A stretch of 64,000 nucleotides of DNA from Patescibacteria group bacterium (GTDB lineage: Bacteria > Patescibacteriota > Microgenomatia > UBA1400 > PJMF01), in the NCBI GenBank assembly GCA_016861085.1, contig BOKR01000001.1:991298-1055297 (forward strand), given 5' to 3'. Positions 40,933 through 52,477 of the stretch are shown here, piece after piece. The notes beneath the pieces are model-generated. The model saw only the letters and a list, made by a program, of their open reading frames with translations. It made no database searches and had not been told where the DNA came from. Both the position numbers and the translations under genes were made by a program. Position 1 is the stretch's first letter, and every line of letters begins with the position of its first letter.

Positions 40933-41196
40933 ATGAAAAAATATAAGATAAATTCAAAATTAGTATATAAACAAGTATCAGACCAAGTCATCATCTTAGA
41001 TGAAGAAAGAGCTGAAGTCCGAGAACTCAATGATGTTGCAAGCCTTATATTCCTCAATATGATTTCTTGGACCACTCTAGAAAAAATTTCTGAAAAAATA
41101 TCAAAAGAATACGACGTTTCTCAAAAAGAGGTATTGCGTGATGTAAATGAGTTTGTTACTATGTATATAGATAAAGGTTATATATTAACCAAGTGA
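40933..41196 (+). CDS. PqqD-family peptide chaperone (RiPP recognition element, RRE)
   Basis: 87 aa. …VIILDEERAEVRELNDVASLIFLNMISWTTLEKISEKISKEYDVSQKEVLRDVNEFVTMYIDKGYIL matches the PqqD consensus end to end. Confidence 0.75.
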   Translation: MKKYKINSKLVYKQVSDQVIILDEERAEVRELNDVASLIFLNMISWTTLEKISEKISKEYDVSQKEVLRDVNEFVTMYIDKGYILTK

Positions 41197-41209
41197 TTCA
41201 GAAAGGCAT

Positions 41210-41284
41210 ATGAAAAAAACATACAAAAAACCAGCAGAAAAAGTTGAAAAACTATTGGTCTACACTGGTAATCAAACCCTCTAG
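41210..41284 (+). CDS. Small ORF (24 aa, MKKTYKKPAEKVEKLLVYTGNQTL), candidate modified-peptide precursor
   Basis: Fills the 94-nt gap between the PqqD and GT2 genes. GAAAGG Shine-Dalgarno sits 3 nt before the ATG. Contains a YxxP leader-like motif; below the ORF-track length cut-off. Confidence 0.3.
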   Translation: MKKTYKKPAEKVEKLLVYTGNQTL

Positions 41285-41290
41285 TTAGAG

Positions 41291-42205
41291 ATGATTTCTG
41301 TTATAGTTGTGACGAGGAATAGGCAATCTCATTTGTTTGGTTGTCTAGTTTCCCTTTCAAAACAGACTAGACAGCCAAAGGAAATTCTAGTTATCGACAA
41401 TGCTTCGACTGATAACACTAGGGTAGTTGTTGAAGAATTTTCAAGGAAGTACCCTCACATTAAATACATTTATTGTTCAAAACTTGGAATTCCCTACTCT
41501 AGGAATATGTCTGTTGAAAAGGCTAAATATGACATACTTGCTTGTTTAGATGACGATTGCAACCCTGATTTGGATTGGTATGAGAATATTGAAAAACAGG
41601 CTGAATTAGCGAATAATTATGTACTTCAAGGAGGAGCTAAAAATCCCAATCCTACTAATGTACTTTCAACCACTCTTTTTTATCTAAATCAGAGATTTCT
41701 CAACCTAGAATTACTAATTAGCAATAATACTTATCGAAAGTATAAAGTTATTCATTTTTTTGATACAAAAAATTTCGTAATACACAAAAAACACATCAAA
41801 AAGGTTGGTCATTTTTTAAATGAAAAACACATTCTCGCTGCAGACTTATTCTTCCAAAAGGATCTCGAAAATAACAACATTAAAATTCTCTACTTGCCTG
41901 GCATAGATGTATACCACAGTTACATGACAAATTTATTTGGATATTTGAACAAAATCATTTGGGCAAAAAAATGCAAGCAAATTTTTGGTTCTGTTCAACT
42001 CATACATACAAAAAAATTAGAATCAACCAAAAACTTGTTTGGTATGGATAGGGTTGCTAAAGTTCAAACAACATTTTACAAGAAACTTAAAAAAATAAAC
42101 CAAGATTTTTTTGATACTTGTGCAGCAAAAATGAATTTTCCCAAAAAGATTATGCTTAAAACAACAGTTTTTTTGACGCAGTTGTATCTTGGTGACACTA
42201 TCTAA
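41291..42205 (+). CDS. GT2 family glycosyltransferase with C-terminal extension (paralog B)
   Basis: MISVIVVTRNRQSHL…LVIDNASTDNT…ACLDDDC…, same layout as paralog A. Confidence 0.65.
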   Translation: MISVIVVTRNRQSHLFGCLVSLSKQTRQPKEILVIDNASTDNTRVVVEEFSRKYPHIKYIYCSKLGIPYSRNMSVEKAKYDILACLDDDCNPDLDWYENIEKQAELANNYVLQGGAKNPNPTNVLSTTLFYLNQRFLNLELLISNNTYRKYKVIHFFDTKNFVIHKKHIKKVGHFLNEKHILAADLFFQKDLENNNIKILYLPGIDVYHSYMTNLFGYLNKIIWAKKCKQIFGSVQLIHTKKLESTKNLFGMDRVAKVQTTFYKKLKKINQDFFDTCAAKMNFPKKIMLKTTVFLTQLYLGDTI

Positions 42206-42222
42206 AGTATAATACAACTCCA

Positions 42223-42972
42223 ATGCATAAAAGTTTTTGTATCGATTTAGCATCAAAAAAGGTAGAGATTTCTGCAAATACAGATAATGTTTTCGAACAC
42301 TTAATGCAAAGTTATAGTAACTTTATCGTTAGAGATAGCAGAAAAACAAACATTAATTTACAGATCAAAGGCATTAAAACAAGAAAAAATTATAAACCGA
42401 TTAGTGATATTTCATCCAGAAGTGGAAAAATTATTATTCCCAACAACGCCAATCTAAGTTTTTCTGAAATACACTTTAATATCAAAATTGTTCTAACTCA
42501 ACTTCTAATTCAAGATGATTTTATGCTTCTGCACGCTTCGGCATTCATAAAGAATAATAATATGTATATTATGAGTGCTCCGTCTGGAACTGGCAAATCA
42601 ACAACTTGTAGATTTGCAAAAGAAAAAGGATTAAATGTTGTTTGCGATGACTCTGTTTTGCTAAGGGTCGAAAACAGAAAACTAATCGGGTATACAACTC
42701 CTTATATCGAAACTCATAAAAAGGTTTCTTCTCCACAATCATATCAGGTTGCTGGGATATACTTTTTGCATCAATCTAAAACAGACAAACTACAAAAACA
42801 AAACACCGTTGAATCAGTACGAAGCATTTTGTTTAATAGTTATATTTTTCAAAATGACTACAAAGAAAAGTATATAAGCAAGTATTTTTCTTTAGCCCAT
42901 GTGATAGCTAGTAGAACGAAAACGTACGATCTGTTTTTTACCAAATCTTCAAAATTTTTGGGAATAATTTAG
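42223..42972 (+). CDS. HPr-kinase/phosphorylase C-terminal-domain-like P-loop kinase (RiPP-associated Ser/Thr kinase type)
   Basis: …LLHASAFIKNNNMYIMSAPSGTGKSTTC…VVCDDSVLL… matches the HprK-like/lasso-peptide-kinase P-loop pattern LHAS.V…GxSGxGKST…DD. Confidence 0.6.
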   Translation: MHKSFCIDLASKKVEISANTDNVFEHLMQSYSNFIVRDSRKTNINLQIKGIKTRKNYKPISDISSRSGKIIIPNNANLSFSEIHFNIKIVLTQLLIQDDFMLLHASAFIKNNNMYIMSAPSGTGKSTTCRFAKEKGLNVVCDDSVLLRVENRKLIGYTTPYIETHKKVSSPQSYQVAGIYFLHQSKTDKLQKQNTVESVRSILFNSYIFQNDYKEKYISKYFSLAHVIASRTKTYDLFFTKSSKFLGII

Positions 42973-43904
42973 ATTACTTTGTTATAATCTTGAAATTTAT
43001 TGTCCATGTTGATACCGATATAATATACGAGGTAGTGTTTATTATGTTTATAGAGACAAAAATTCGGAAATGAACTATAAAGCTTTTGCATATTTTTTCT
43101 AACATTGTCAATTTCAGCAGCGAAGTTAAAAAAGATGATTCCATCTTTTTTAAGTATTCTATGAAGCCCATTTAAAAATGCTTTTGAAAATAATTGTTTA
43201 GGAAGTCGCCCATCAATAAATAGATCAATAAATATGAAATCGTATTTACTTTTCGATTCTTTTACAAAGTCAAATGCATCACTATTAATTTGGAAAATTT
43301 TTGCTGAATCTGTATTTTTAATTAATGGTAAAAAATAATTGGCTCCAATTTCACTAATTTTTGTATTGATCTCCACAGAGTCAACTTTCCTCACATTTCT
43401 CAAAATCGCTGTTACACAAGGAACAGATTCTGCACCACCACCTAGTACTAGAACATCATTATTTTTTGTGTTTTTTGACTGTAAGATGTCTCTAACAACC
43501 TTAAAATGAACGCATCTATCGTAAGGAAAAAGTGAAACTTTTGAGTGTGTCCAGTATACTCCAGGTGTTTTTTCATAAAAAGCTATTCTGGCTGATTCTT
43601 GAACCAAATCAAATCTTAGATGATCAACGACTGAGTGTTTCTTTTCGTCTATGTAAAAATCAGTAATGTGTATAAACAACCCCTGCTTTTTAAGCAAAAA
43701 GTAAAAGTAAATCAAGCTCAACAATAATACAACTACAACTACGCATGAAATAAGGAAATCTACCTTTAGCGAAATAAGTAGCAATACAAATAGCAGTACA
43801 AAATATGCTATTAATTTTTTGCTACCGTAAGGAGTTCCCTTGATGTACATGTTCCTATCATAATTTCTTATAACTTTTCTAAATAAAAAAATAAGTGTTG
43901 ACAT
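42969..43904 (-). CDS. Membrane-anchored class I SAM-dependent methyltransferase / spermidine-synthase-like protein
   Basis: N-terminal TM helices, then VLVLGGGAESVPCVTAIL…VDSVEIN…IFIDLF (Rossmann, spermine/spermidine-synthase-like). Confidence 0.5.
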   Translation of the reverse strand: MSTLIFLFRKVIRNYDRNMYIKGTPYGSKKLIAYFVLLFVLLLISLKVDFLISCVVVVVLLLSLIYFYFLLKKQGLFIHITDFYIDEKKHSVVDHLRFDLVQESARIAFYEKTPGVYWTHSKVSLFPYDRCVHFKVVRDILQSKNTKNNDVLVLGGGAESVPCVTAILRNVRKVDSVEINTKISEIGANYFLPLIKNTDSAKIFQINSDAFDFVKESKSKYDFIFIDLFIDGRLPKQLFSKAFLNGLHRILKKDGIIFFNFAAEIDNVRKNMQKLYSSFPNFCLYKHNKHYLVYYIGINMDNKFQDYNKVI

Positions 43905-43975
43905 AAATCCTGATAATTATAGTAAGAATGTTAACTAATTCAATCGGAGAAATGTTATATAATTTCTGAGCATAT

Positions 43976-44863
43976 ATGAAAAGAGCTTGGAAATATTATT
44001 CTGGTGTGTTTGCACATGAAAACGAACTTGATGACATTCTTTCTGGTTGGTATGGTCTGAGGAAATTTGGTTATGACGTAGTTAACTATTTAGAACCAAA
44101 AATTATAGTTGAACTTGGTACCCATAAAGGAACTTCTTTTTTATCTTTCTGTAATTCAGTTAGAAACAATACATTGAGTACAAAATTATATGCCATAGAT
44201 ACTTGGCAAGGTGACTCACAAACCGGCCTTTACGTTTCTGAAGTTTTAGAGAAACTAAAAAAGATAATAAAAAAACACTACTCTACCCAAAACATAAAAT
44301 TGGTAAAGAAAAGTTTTAATACTGCTGTCACACAGTTCAAGAACAAAAAAATAGATCTATTGCATATTGATGGACTTCATACTTATAACGCTGTTAAAAA
44401 TGATTACAACTTGTGGAACAAACTTACGAGTGAAAACGGTCTGATCATTTTTCACGACATTCACTGCAAAAACCCTGGATTTGGAGTTCACATATTCTGG
44501 AGTGAAATAAAAAAAGAAAATTATACATTAGAACTAAAGCATTCAAATGGGTTGGGAATTTTGTTTAAAAACAGAGAAGTCTACGAAAAATTGAGACCTT
44601 TGGAAAGTTCCTGGCAAGCATACTATAGTACCGTTGCCCAGCTGGATTACTACAAAAATTTTCCCAAAAACAAAAAATCTTCGTTAGCAAAAGAATATGA
44701 AGAAAAGCTAAAAACTTTAGAAAAAGTAACAATTAGAAGAAATAATGAGCTGATAAAAGAAAATGATGCTCTTGTTAAGCAGCTAGCAACAATCAACAGT
44801 TCGAATATACAAAAGATTGCACAAAAATACTACTCTACTCGAAAAAAAATTATTGGTAAATAG
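43976..44863 (+). CDS. Class I SAM-dependent methyltransferase (Methyltransf_24/CmcI-like) with C-terminal coiled coil
   Basis: …IVELGTHKGTSF…AIDTW…HIDGLHTY…IFHD… motif series. Confidence 0.55.
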   Translation: MKRAWKYYSGVFAHENELDDILSGWYGLRKFGYDVVNYLEPKIIVELGTHKGTSFLSFCNSVRNNTLSTKLYAIDTWQGDSQTGLYVSEVLEKLKKIIKKHYSTQNIKLVKKSFNTAVTQFKNKKIDLLHIDGLHTYNAVKNDYNLWNKLTSENGLIIFHDIHCKNPGFGVHIFWSEIKKENYTLELKHSNGLGILFKNREVYEKLRPLESSWQAYYSTVAQLDYYKNFPKNKKSSLAKEYEEKLKTLEKVTIRRNNELIKENDALVKQLATINSSNIQKIAQKYYSTRKKIIGK

Positions 44864-44884
44864 CCACAAAAAAAGCGCTTAATT

Positions 44885-45009
44885 CTGGCCTCGACCTATC
44901 TTCTCACTAGGGTTGCCCCTGCAATATTGTCAGCGCTGAGGCGTTTCAAGACTCTGTTCGGGAAGGGAAGAGTTGGGTCCACCTCGCTCCAGAGACCAGA
45001 ATTAAACGC
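44885..45009 (-). rRNA. rrf: 5S ribosomal RNA
   Basis: Minus-strand transcript GCGUUUAAUUCUGG…CCCGAACAGAGUCUUGAAACGCCUCAGCGCUGACAAUAUUGCAGGGGCAACC…CCAGAAUUAAGCGC. Helix I terminal pairing and loop-C/helix-IV consensus are present. Ends are approximate. Confidence 0.75.
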
Positions 45010-45189
45010 TTTAATCTGTATTATACTTCTCTCTTAACTTGTTAATGGGTGCAAAATCGTGTTTTCACGAGGTTTGCACACTGTTGTTGTTGCAAGCAGC
45101 CAAACGGTTTGCACAACAACGTAATTTGAACTCTAACAAGTGAAGAAAATCTGCCATGGGTCAAAAAGTCATTTGGTCGATTGGCCATA

Positions 45190-48115
<2,926 letters not shown>

Positions 48116-48587
48116 TAAATTTTAATTTAAAATTTTGCATGTTTGTATAATATTTTTCAATATGATACGGTTTGTAGCTTACTTATTATGTGCTTGAATT
48201 TGCATTCAAGCTCAAGTAATTATTTAATTCTTTAGTTAATCTCAAAATTGAAATTATAAAGATGTACGGCCAACTTAAATGATCAAATCATCTATTTGAC
48301 CTATACATGACAGTTTTCTTCACTTGTTAAAGTTCATCTTATAATTTTAAGTCTCAAAGCTTTCGGATTTATGCGTATAGAGCTTTTAAAAAACGTAGAG
48401 TTCAATATAATCTATACACCACCACTTATTTGACTTTAGCTTAGTTGCTAATTGTTAGTTCCTAGTTAATCCCGGGTGAGAGAAACCAAAGAACTAATAA
48501 CTAACAACCAATGTTATTTTAGTTTTCGCGCCAAAAAAAAAGAGTGATCAAATTATGAAAAGTAGTCTTATCCAGAGAAAAACTCTG

Positions 48588-48661
48588 TGGACCCTAAGGG
48601 GATCGAACCCTTCACCTCCTCATTGCAAATGAGGCGCTCTAGCCAGATGAGCTAAGGGCCC
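48588..48661 (-). tRNA. tRNA-Ala (anticodon UGC), CCA not encoded
   Basis: Cloverleaf read by hand: acceptor GGGCCCU/AGGGUCC with the G3:U70 alanine identity pair, D-arm AGCUCAUCUGGCUAGAGC, anticodon loop UUUGCAA, T-arm GGUUCGAUCCC. Confidence 0.85.
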
Positions 48662-48871
48662 CCTAGATTTGATCGTTTCTTTATTTTTTAAGCAATGTAA
48701 CGTTTCACAACGTTGCTGTTGGATATGATTTTGAGGGATTCTTGTCTAAAAAAAGACAAAGAATGTCGAATATGAATGTTTTCCCGAACAGTCAAGAGTA
48801 GTATTGTATATCACACCAAAAATATTTGCAAGAGCAAAATGTAGGGTTAATGCACTATATAATGTAGTTAC

Positions 48872-49834
48872 ATGATAAATGAAGATTTTGAGATAACTAT
48901 ACTTAGTTCTGAAGAATTGGGACAAGAGGCTGAACAAAAAGAACTAACTCTAGATGAGTTGCTAGCTCTTCCACATCCCTTTGAACAAAATCCCGAATTA
49001 CTTGATTTAGTCGAAAACTATTTCCCTGGAAAAAATTACAGAGAACAACTTCTTGCTGCAACCCAACCTGGTATAAGTGATAATCCAGATGAACTTGAGA
49101 AATGGGAAGCTGAAGTAATCTTAAGAAGGAAACAAAAACTTCCAAATGACTTTGCTATTGCCCACCTGATACGAATTCTGTATGAAGAAACTTTCAGTGT
49201 ACGGCAATTTCAAGGAAAGCAGTCCGGATCTGAGGGGATGACATTAGGAGGTCTTTTGAGCCATCACTACTTTCGCCATAAAGTAGATGGAGTCGATTTG
49301 AATACAGTCTTGGATCTTGAAATAACCGAAAATACTTTTAAGGATGAATTTGAAAGATTAGTTAAAGATAATGATTTCAAATCACTAGAAAAATTGGTAA
49401 TACTGGTAACAGAGACTGCATTTACAGAACGATACTTTACCCAAGGACACGCCCACAGAATGAGAACCAACTTATTAAGAAGAAGAATGTATATCCACTC
49501 AGAAATGGCAGAAAATATGGGCTTTAGAGCCATAAAAGTTATCCATAGCAATCCTACACTACTACAAAAAGTAACAGACAAAAAACTTCTTGAGATTCCA
49601 AGAGTAGATTTTGAAACTAATTTACTCTATTTACTTCATAGACTTTGGGGAATCCTGGGAAACAGCCCTGGTGTGTTTTTTAGCGAGGGTGGGTATTACA
49701 AATATGAAGCTACAGAGGAATTACTTACTGGTCTTGAGCGACTTATTCTATTTCGAATCAATACTCAAACCCAAATATTATATAAATACCTCTCACCTTC
49801 AGGATACATAAACAATCAAAAAAAAACAGACTAA
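48872..49834 (+). CDS. Hypothetical protein
   Basis: 320 aa ORF, no motif recognised. Confidence 0.45.
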   Translation: MINEDFEITILSSEELGQEAEQKELTLDELLALPHPFEQNPELLDLVENYFPGKNYREQLLAATQPGISDNPDELEKWEAEVILRRKQKLPNDFAIAHLIRILYEETFSVRQFQGKQSGSEGMTLGGLLSHHYFRHKVDGVDLNTVLDLEITENTFKDEFERLVKDNDFKSLEKLVILVTETAFTERYFTQGHAHRMRTNLLRRRMYIHSEMAENMGFRAIKVIHSNPTLLQKVTDKKLLEIPRVDFETNLLYLLHRLWGILGNSPGVFFSEGGYYKYEATEELLTGLERLILFRINTQTQILYKYLSPSGYINNQKKTD

Positions 49835-50277
49835 TACTCAACTCTTATCTCTTCAGGGTATCCATCCTTAATGTAAGTCCTTAACCGTACAGATTCTACA
49901 GCGATTGTAGCCAACACTGGTTTACCTTTATGCTTTAAGAGCGGTAGAGTTTGGTGTAATAGGAATGCGCCATTTAATTTAGCTGTCAATTCAGTAATCA
50001 TTTTATTTATTTGCTCAAGATCTTCAGTAAATGAAACTCTACCCCTAATTTGAGCAGTTTGTAAATCTTTTTCACCAATTACAGTCAAAACCACAGAAGG
50101 ATTCTCAATCATATTTTTATATTTTTGGGTTTCAGCCTTGGTAAGAAAAAAAATTTTAGAATCCTCAGCAACAAAATAAATTGTAGCTGCATCAATTACA
50201 CCTGTTTTTCTTAGTGTAGATAAGACTGCAATATTATAGTGATTGAGAAACGAGGCAACTTTTTCTTGGTCAGTCAT
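49831..50277 (-). CDS. Pyridoxamine-5'-phosphate-oxidase-like FMN-binding split-barrel protein
   Basis: 148 aa. …NIAVLSTLRKTGVIDAATIYFVAEDSKIFFLT… and overall PNPOx-family layout. Confidence 0.55.
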   Translation of the reverse strand: MTDQEKVASFLNHYNIAVLSTLRKTGVIDAATIYFVAEDSKIFFLTKAETQKYKNMIENPSVVLTVIGEKDLQTAQIRGRVSFTEDLEQINKMITELTAKLNGAFLLHQTLPLLKHKGKPVLATIAVESVRLRTYIKDGYPEEIRVEY

Positions 50278-50293
50278 GCTTTAAGTATAACAT

Positions 50294-50572
50294 TTAATAA
50301 ACCATCAAGTCAGTTTCTGCGTCTAGCTCAGCTTCTAAGTCAGTAAAATCTTCATCTTCAATAACTGTGGCGTCTAGTTCAGACTCAATTGTTTGCAAAG
50401 AATCATCTTCAGATACTTCTGTAAAAGTTTCATCATCTCCAGTTACCTCATCAACGGTATATTGCAAGTCGGTATCCTTACTTTTACCAGGAAATAAAGT
50501 GCACCCGGCAAATAGAACAGCAATCACTGCCACCAGACCAACATTCATGAGTAATCTTGAACTACTAGCCAT
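50294..50572 (-). CDS. Acidic lipoprotein
   Basis: Signal peptide with lipobox LFAGC, then a D/E-rich tail. Confidence 0.5.
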   Translation of the reverse strand: MASSSRLLMNVGLVAVIAVLFAGCTLFPGKSKDTDLQYTVDEVTGDDETFTEVSEDDSLQTIESELDATVIEDEDFTDLEAELDAETDLMVY

Positions 50573-50574
50573 AG

Positions 50575-51249
50575 TTACTCCTCGCTCTCTGAAGGCTCAA
50601 CAGAATCTGCATCTCCAGAAGCAGCTGCTCTAATTGCTTTGGCTACTTCTTTGTATGCTTGCAATACTTCTCTAAATGGATTTTTTAACTCTTTGACTTT
50701 AGCAATCACTTCACCAAGCGTTTCAGTTGAGGTAATCTCTATGTTTGCAATTTCTTCTATGAGCGCTAAAGCATTTTGGTATGCTTCCTCAAGTGCTGCA
50801 TCAGCTATTTCAAGTTTTTCTTGAGCTTGCGTCATATCAACACCTGTTTCTTTTAACTGGGTGATTCTGTTCTGTAGTTTTTCTGAAAGTTGTGAAAGTC
50901 TTTCATAATACTTCCCAACCTTTTCAGTCAAAACCTCTACAAATCGTGCAAGTTTTTCTGCAATCTTTTCTTGACGATCAGCTTGTAGCTGCTCACGTTT
51001 TTCTTCACGTTGCTCTTTCACCTCAGTTTTTTTCTGTTCTCTTTCTTGACTTCTTTCTTCTTTTTCAGCTTTCAATTGCGCTTTGTAGGCTTCAATTTGT
51101 TCTGCTTTTTGTGCCCTTAACTCAGCTTTATATGCTTCTATTTCTTCTTTGGTTTTTGGTGTTGTTGAACCCTCAACAGCAAACACTGCAGTGGTTGCAA
51201 ACAAAGCGAGGACAGCTAAAAACAAACCTACAGTTACTCTCATTTTCAT
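50575..51249 (-). CDS. Secreted coiled-coil protein
   Basis: Signal peptide …AVFAVEG, then a K/E-rich heptad-repeat sequence. Confidence 0.5.
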   Translation of the reverse strand: MKMRVTVGLFLAVLALFATTAVFAVEGSTTPKTKEEIEAYKAELRAQKAEQIEAYKAQLKAEKEERSQEREQKKTEVKEQREEKREQLQADRQEKIAEKLARFVEVLTEKVGKYYERLSQLSEKLQNRITQLKETGVDMTQAQEKLEIADAALEEAYQNALALIEEIANIEITSTETLGEVIAKVKELKNPFREVLQAYKEVAKAIRAAASGDADSVEPSESEE

Positions 51250-51351
51250 ACAAATAGTATCCTTTCGGAGGCTATTACTTAATACAGTACGAGATAGTTA
51301 TACCATAGTACCATGAGAATTTGCTGAGAAAATTGCTACAGGAAAATAATT

Positions 51352-51402
51352 TAAAACAAAAAACCCCCTGATGAATAGAGCGCTTTGCTAGATCATCAAG
51401 GG
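51352..51402 (-). terminator. Rho-independent terminator downstream of the GC-rich beta-CA-like gene
   Basis: Minus strand ccccttgatga…tcatcaggggg hairpin followed by ttttttgtttt. Confidence 0.45.
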
Positions 51403-51567
51403 GTTCCTACTTCTGCTTTGTTTTAGTAATTTCGCCTGGATCCGGAAAAAATAGTTTCCTTTGATCGATTGATCAAAAACACCAAAATATTTTCTCTGGA
51501 CCACAGGCGGAATCACCCGCTTGTGGTTGTAAATTGTGTTACTTACTAAGAAATGCTGGCGACAGTA

Positions 51568-52224
51568 TCAGCGAAAAGTCACAAAATTGATCTTTTCGCC
51601 ACTTTGGGCGACAAGTACTTTTTGGACAATCCGCCGTTGCTGTCTGTCGAAAATTTCGTTCACAGAGACAGAGATAGCATTCTGCATGTAGGTATTTTCC
51701 TTTTTGTCACCGGCCGCACATTTCAGGGCTTCGTACACTTTCTGTCCTTTGAACATGATGTGAGCCACGCCGCCACAGCCACAGTTGTGGCCAGAAGCGA
51801 TAACCTTTTTCACATTCAATTTTTCCAAACAATACTGGGCAATCACCCTCATCGCCTGGAGGCGATTCGGGTCCCCGGACTGACAGATTCCCGCGGCAAC
51901 AAAAACTGGCAGGATGAACAGCCGAGGATTGGTGTCAACCGCCCAGTTGTACAGGGGTCGTGCAAATCGTTGATCCATACACCCAACCAACAGGGCCACT
52001 TCTCTGCCTCCACCGTAATGCTTCAAAAATGCTGGCTCATCAGTCAGAGAAAAATCTGTGAGCGAATACCTCCCCGGCATCCATGGGGCCGCCAAAGGCG
52101 ATACTTTTGGAGTCGCCGAAGCTGAAACCAAATACAAATCTGCGCCAAAGTGCTGACTAGCTTTTAGAACTTTCGGCCAGTCGAGGCCATTTCCAGTTGT
52201 CTTTATCATGTTTTCACCTATCAA
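51568..52224 (-). CDS. Beta-carbonic-anhydrase-like Cys/His-motif protein (GC-rich gene)
   Basis: LLVGCMDQRF (CxDxR dyad) and VIASGHNCGCGGV (H…CGG) occupy the relative positions of the beta-CA zinc ligands. Local GC is clearly higher than the flanks. Confidence 0.4.
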   Translation of the reverse strand: MIGENMIKTTGNGLDWPKVLKASQHFGADLYLVSASATPKVSPLAAPWMPGRYSLTDFSLTDEPAFLKHYGGGREVALLVGCMDQRFARPLYNWAVDTNPRLFILPVFVAAGICQSGDPNRLQAMRVIAQYCLEKLNVKKVIASGHNCGCGGVAHIMFKGQKVYEALKCAAGDKKENTYMQNAISVSVNEIFDRQQRRIVQKVLVAQSGEKINFVTFR

Positions 52225-52477
52225 TTTTTGAGATTGACTTCAAGAAAATGAAGTCTTGCTGATAAAAACTTCCATTTAGCACGTGATTGTTTAAACCACA
52301 AACGTGACAAAACAGAAGGGAGAAAAGAGCCACAAATAGCACCTTTCTTCCTTCTGCTTGAAACGTCTAAATATTAATTTGTTAAAGATCAAAACAGAAT
52401 TATGCGTTATACATAATCAACAATTCCGAAAAGACTATTATAGGATAAAAATGGCAAAATTTCAAGGGGTATCAAAA

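Noticed and set aside
38318-44863. Interpretation as a canonical lasso-peptide biosynthetic cluster
   Set aside because: No transglutaminase-like leader protease (B2) and no Asn-synthetase-like macrolactam synthetase (C) ORF exist in this region or elsewhere in the window. The 24-aa candidate peptide is too short for a lasso core and lacks an acidic ring-closing residue.
48662-48871. Search for 16S rRNA or tRNA-Ile upstream of tRNA-Ala
   Set aside because: The 210-nt region is AT-rich spacer/promoter DNA followed by a divergent protein-coding gene; no rRNA-like sequence is present.
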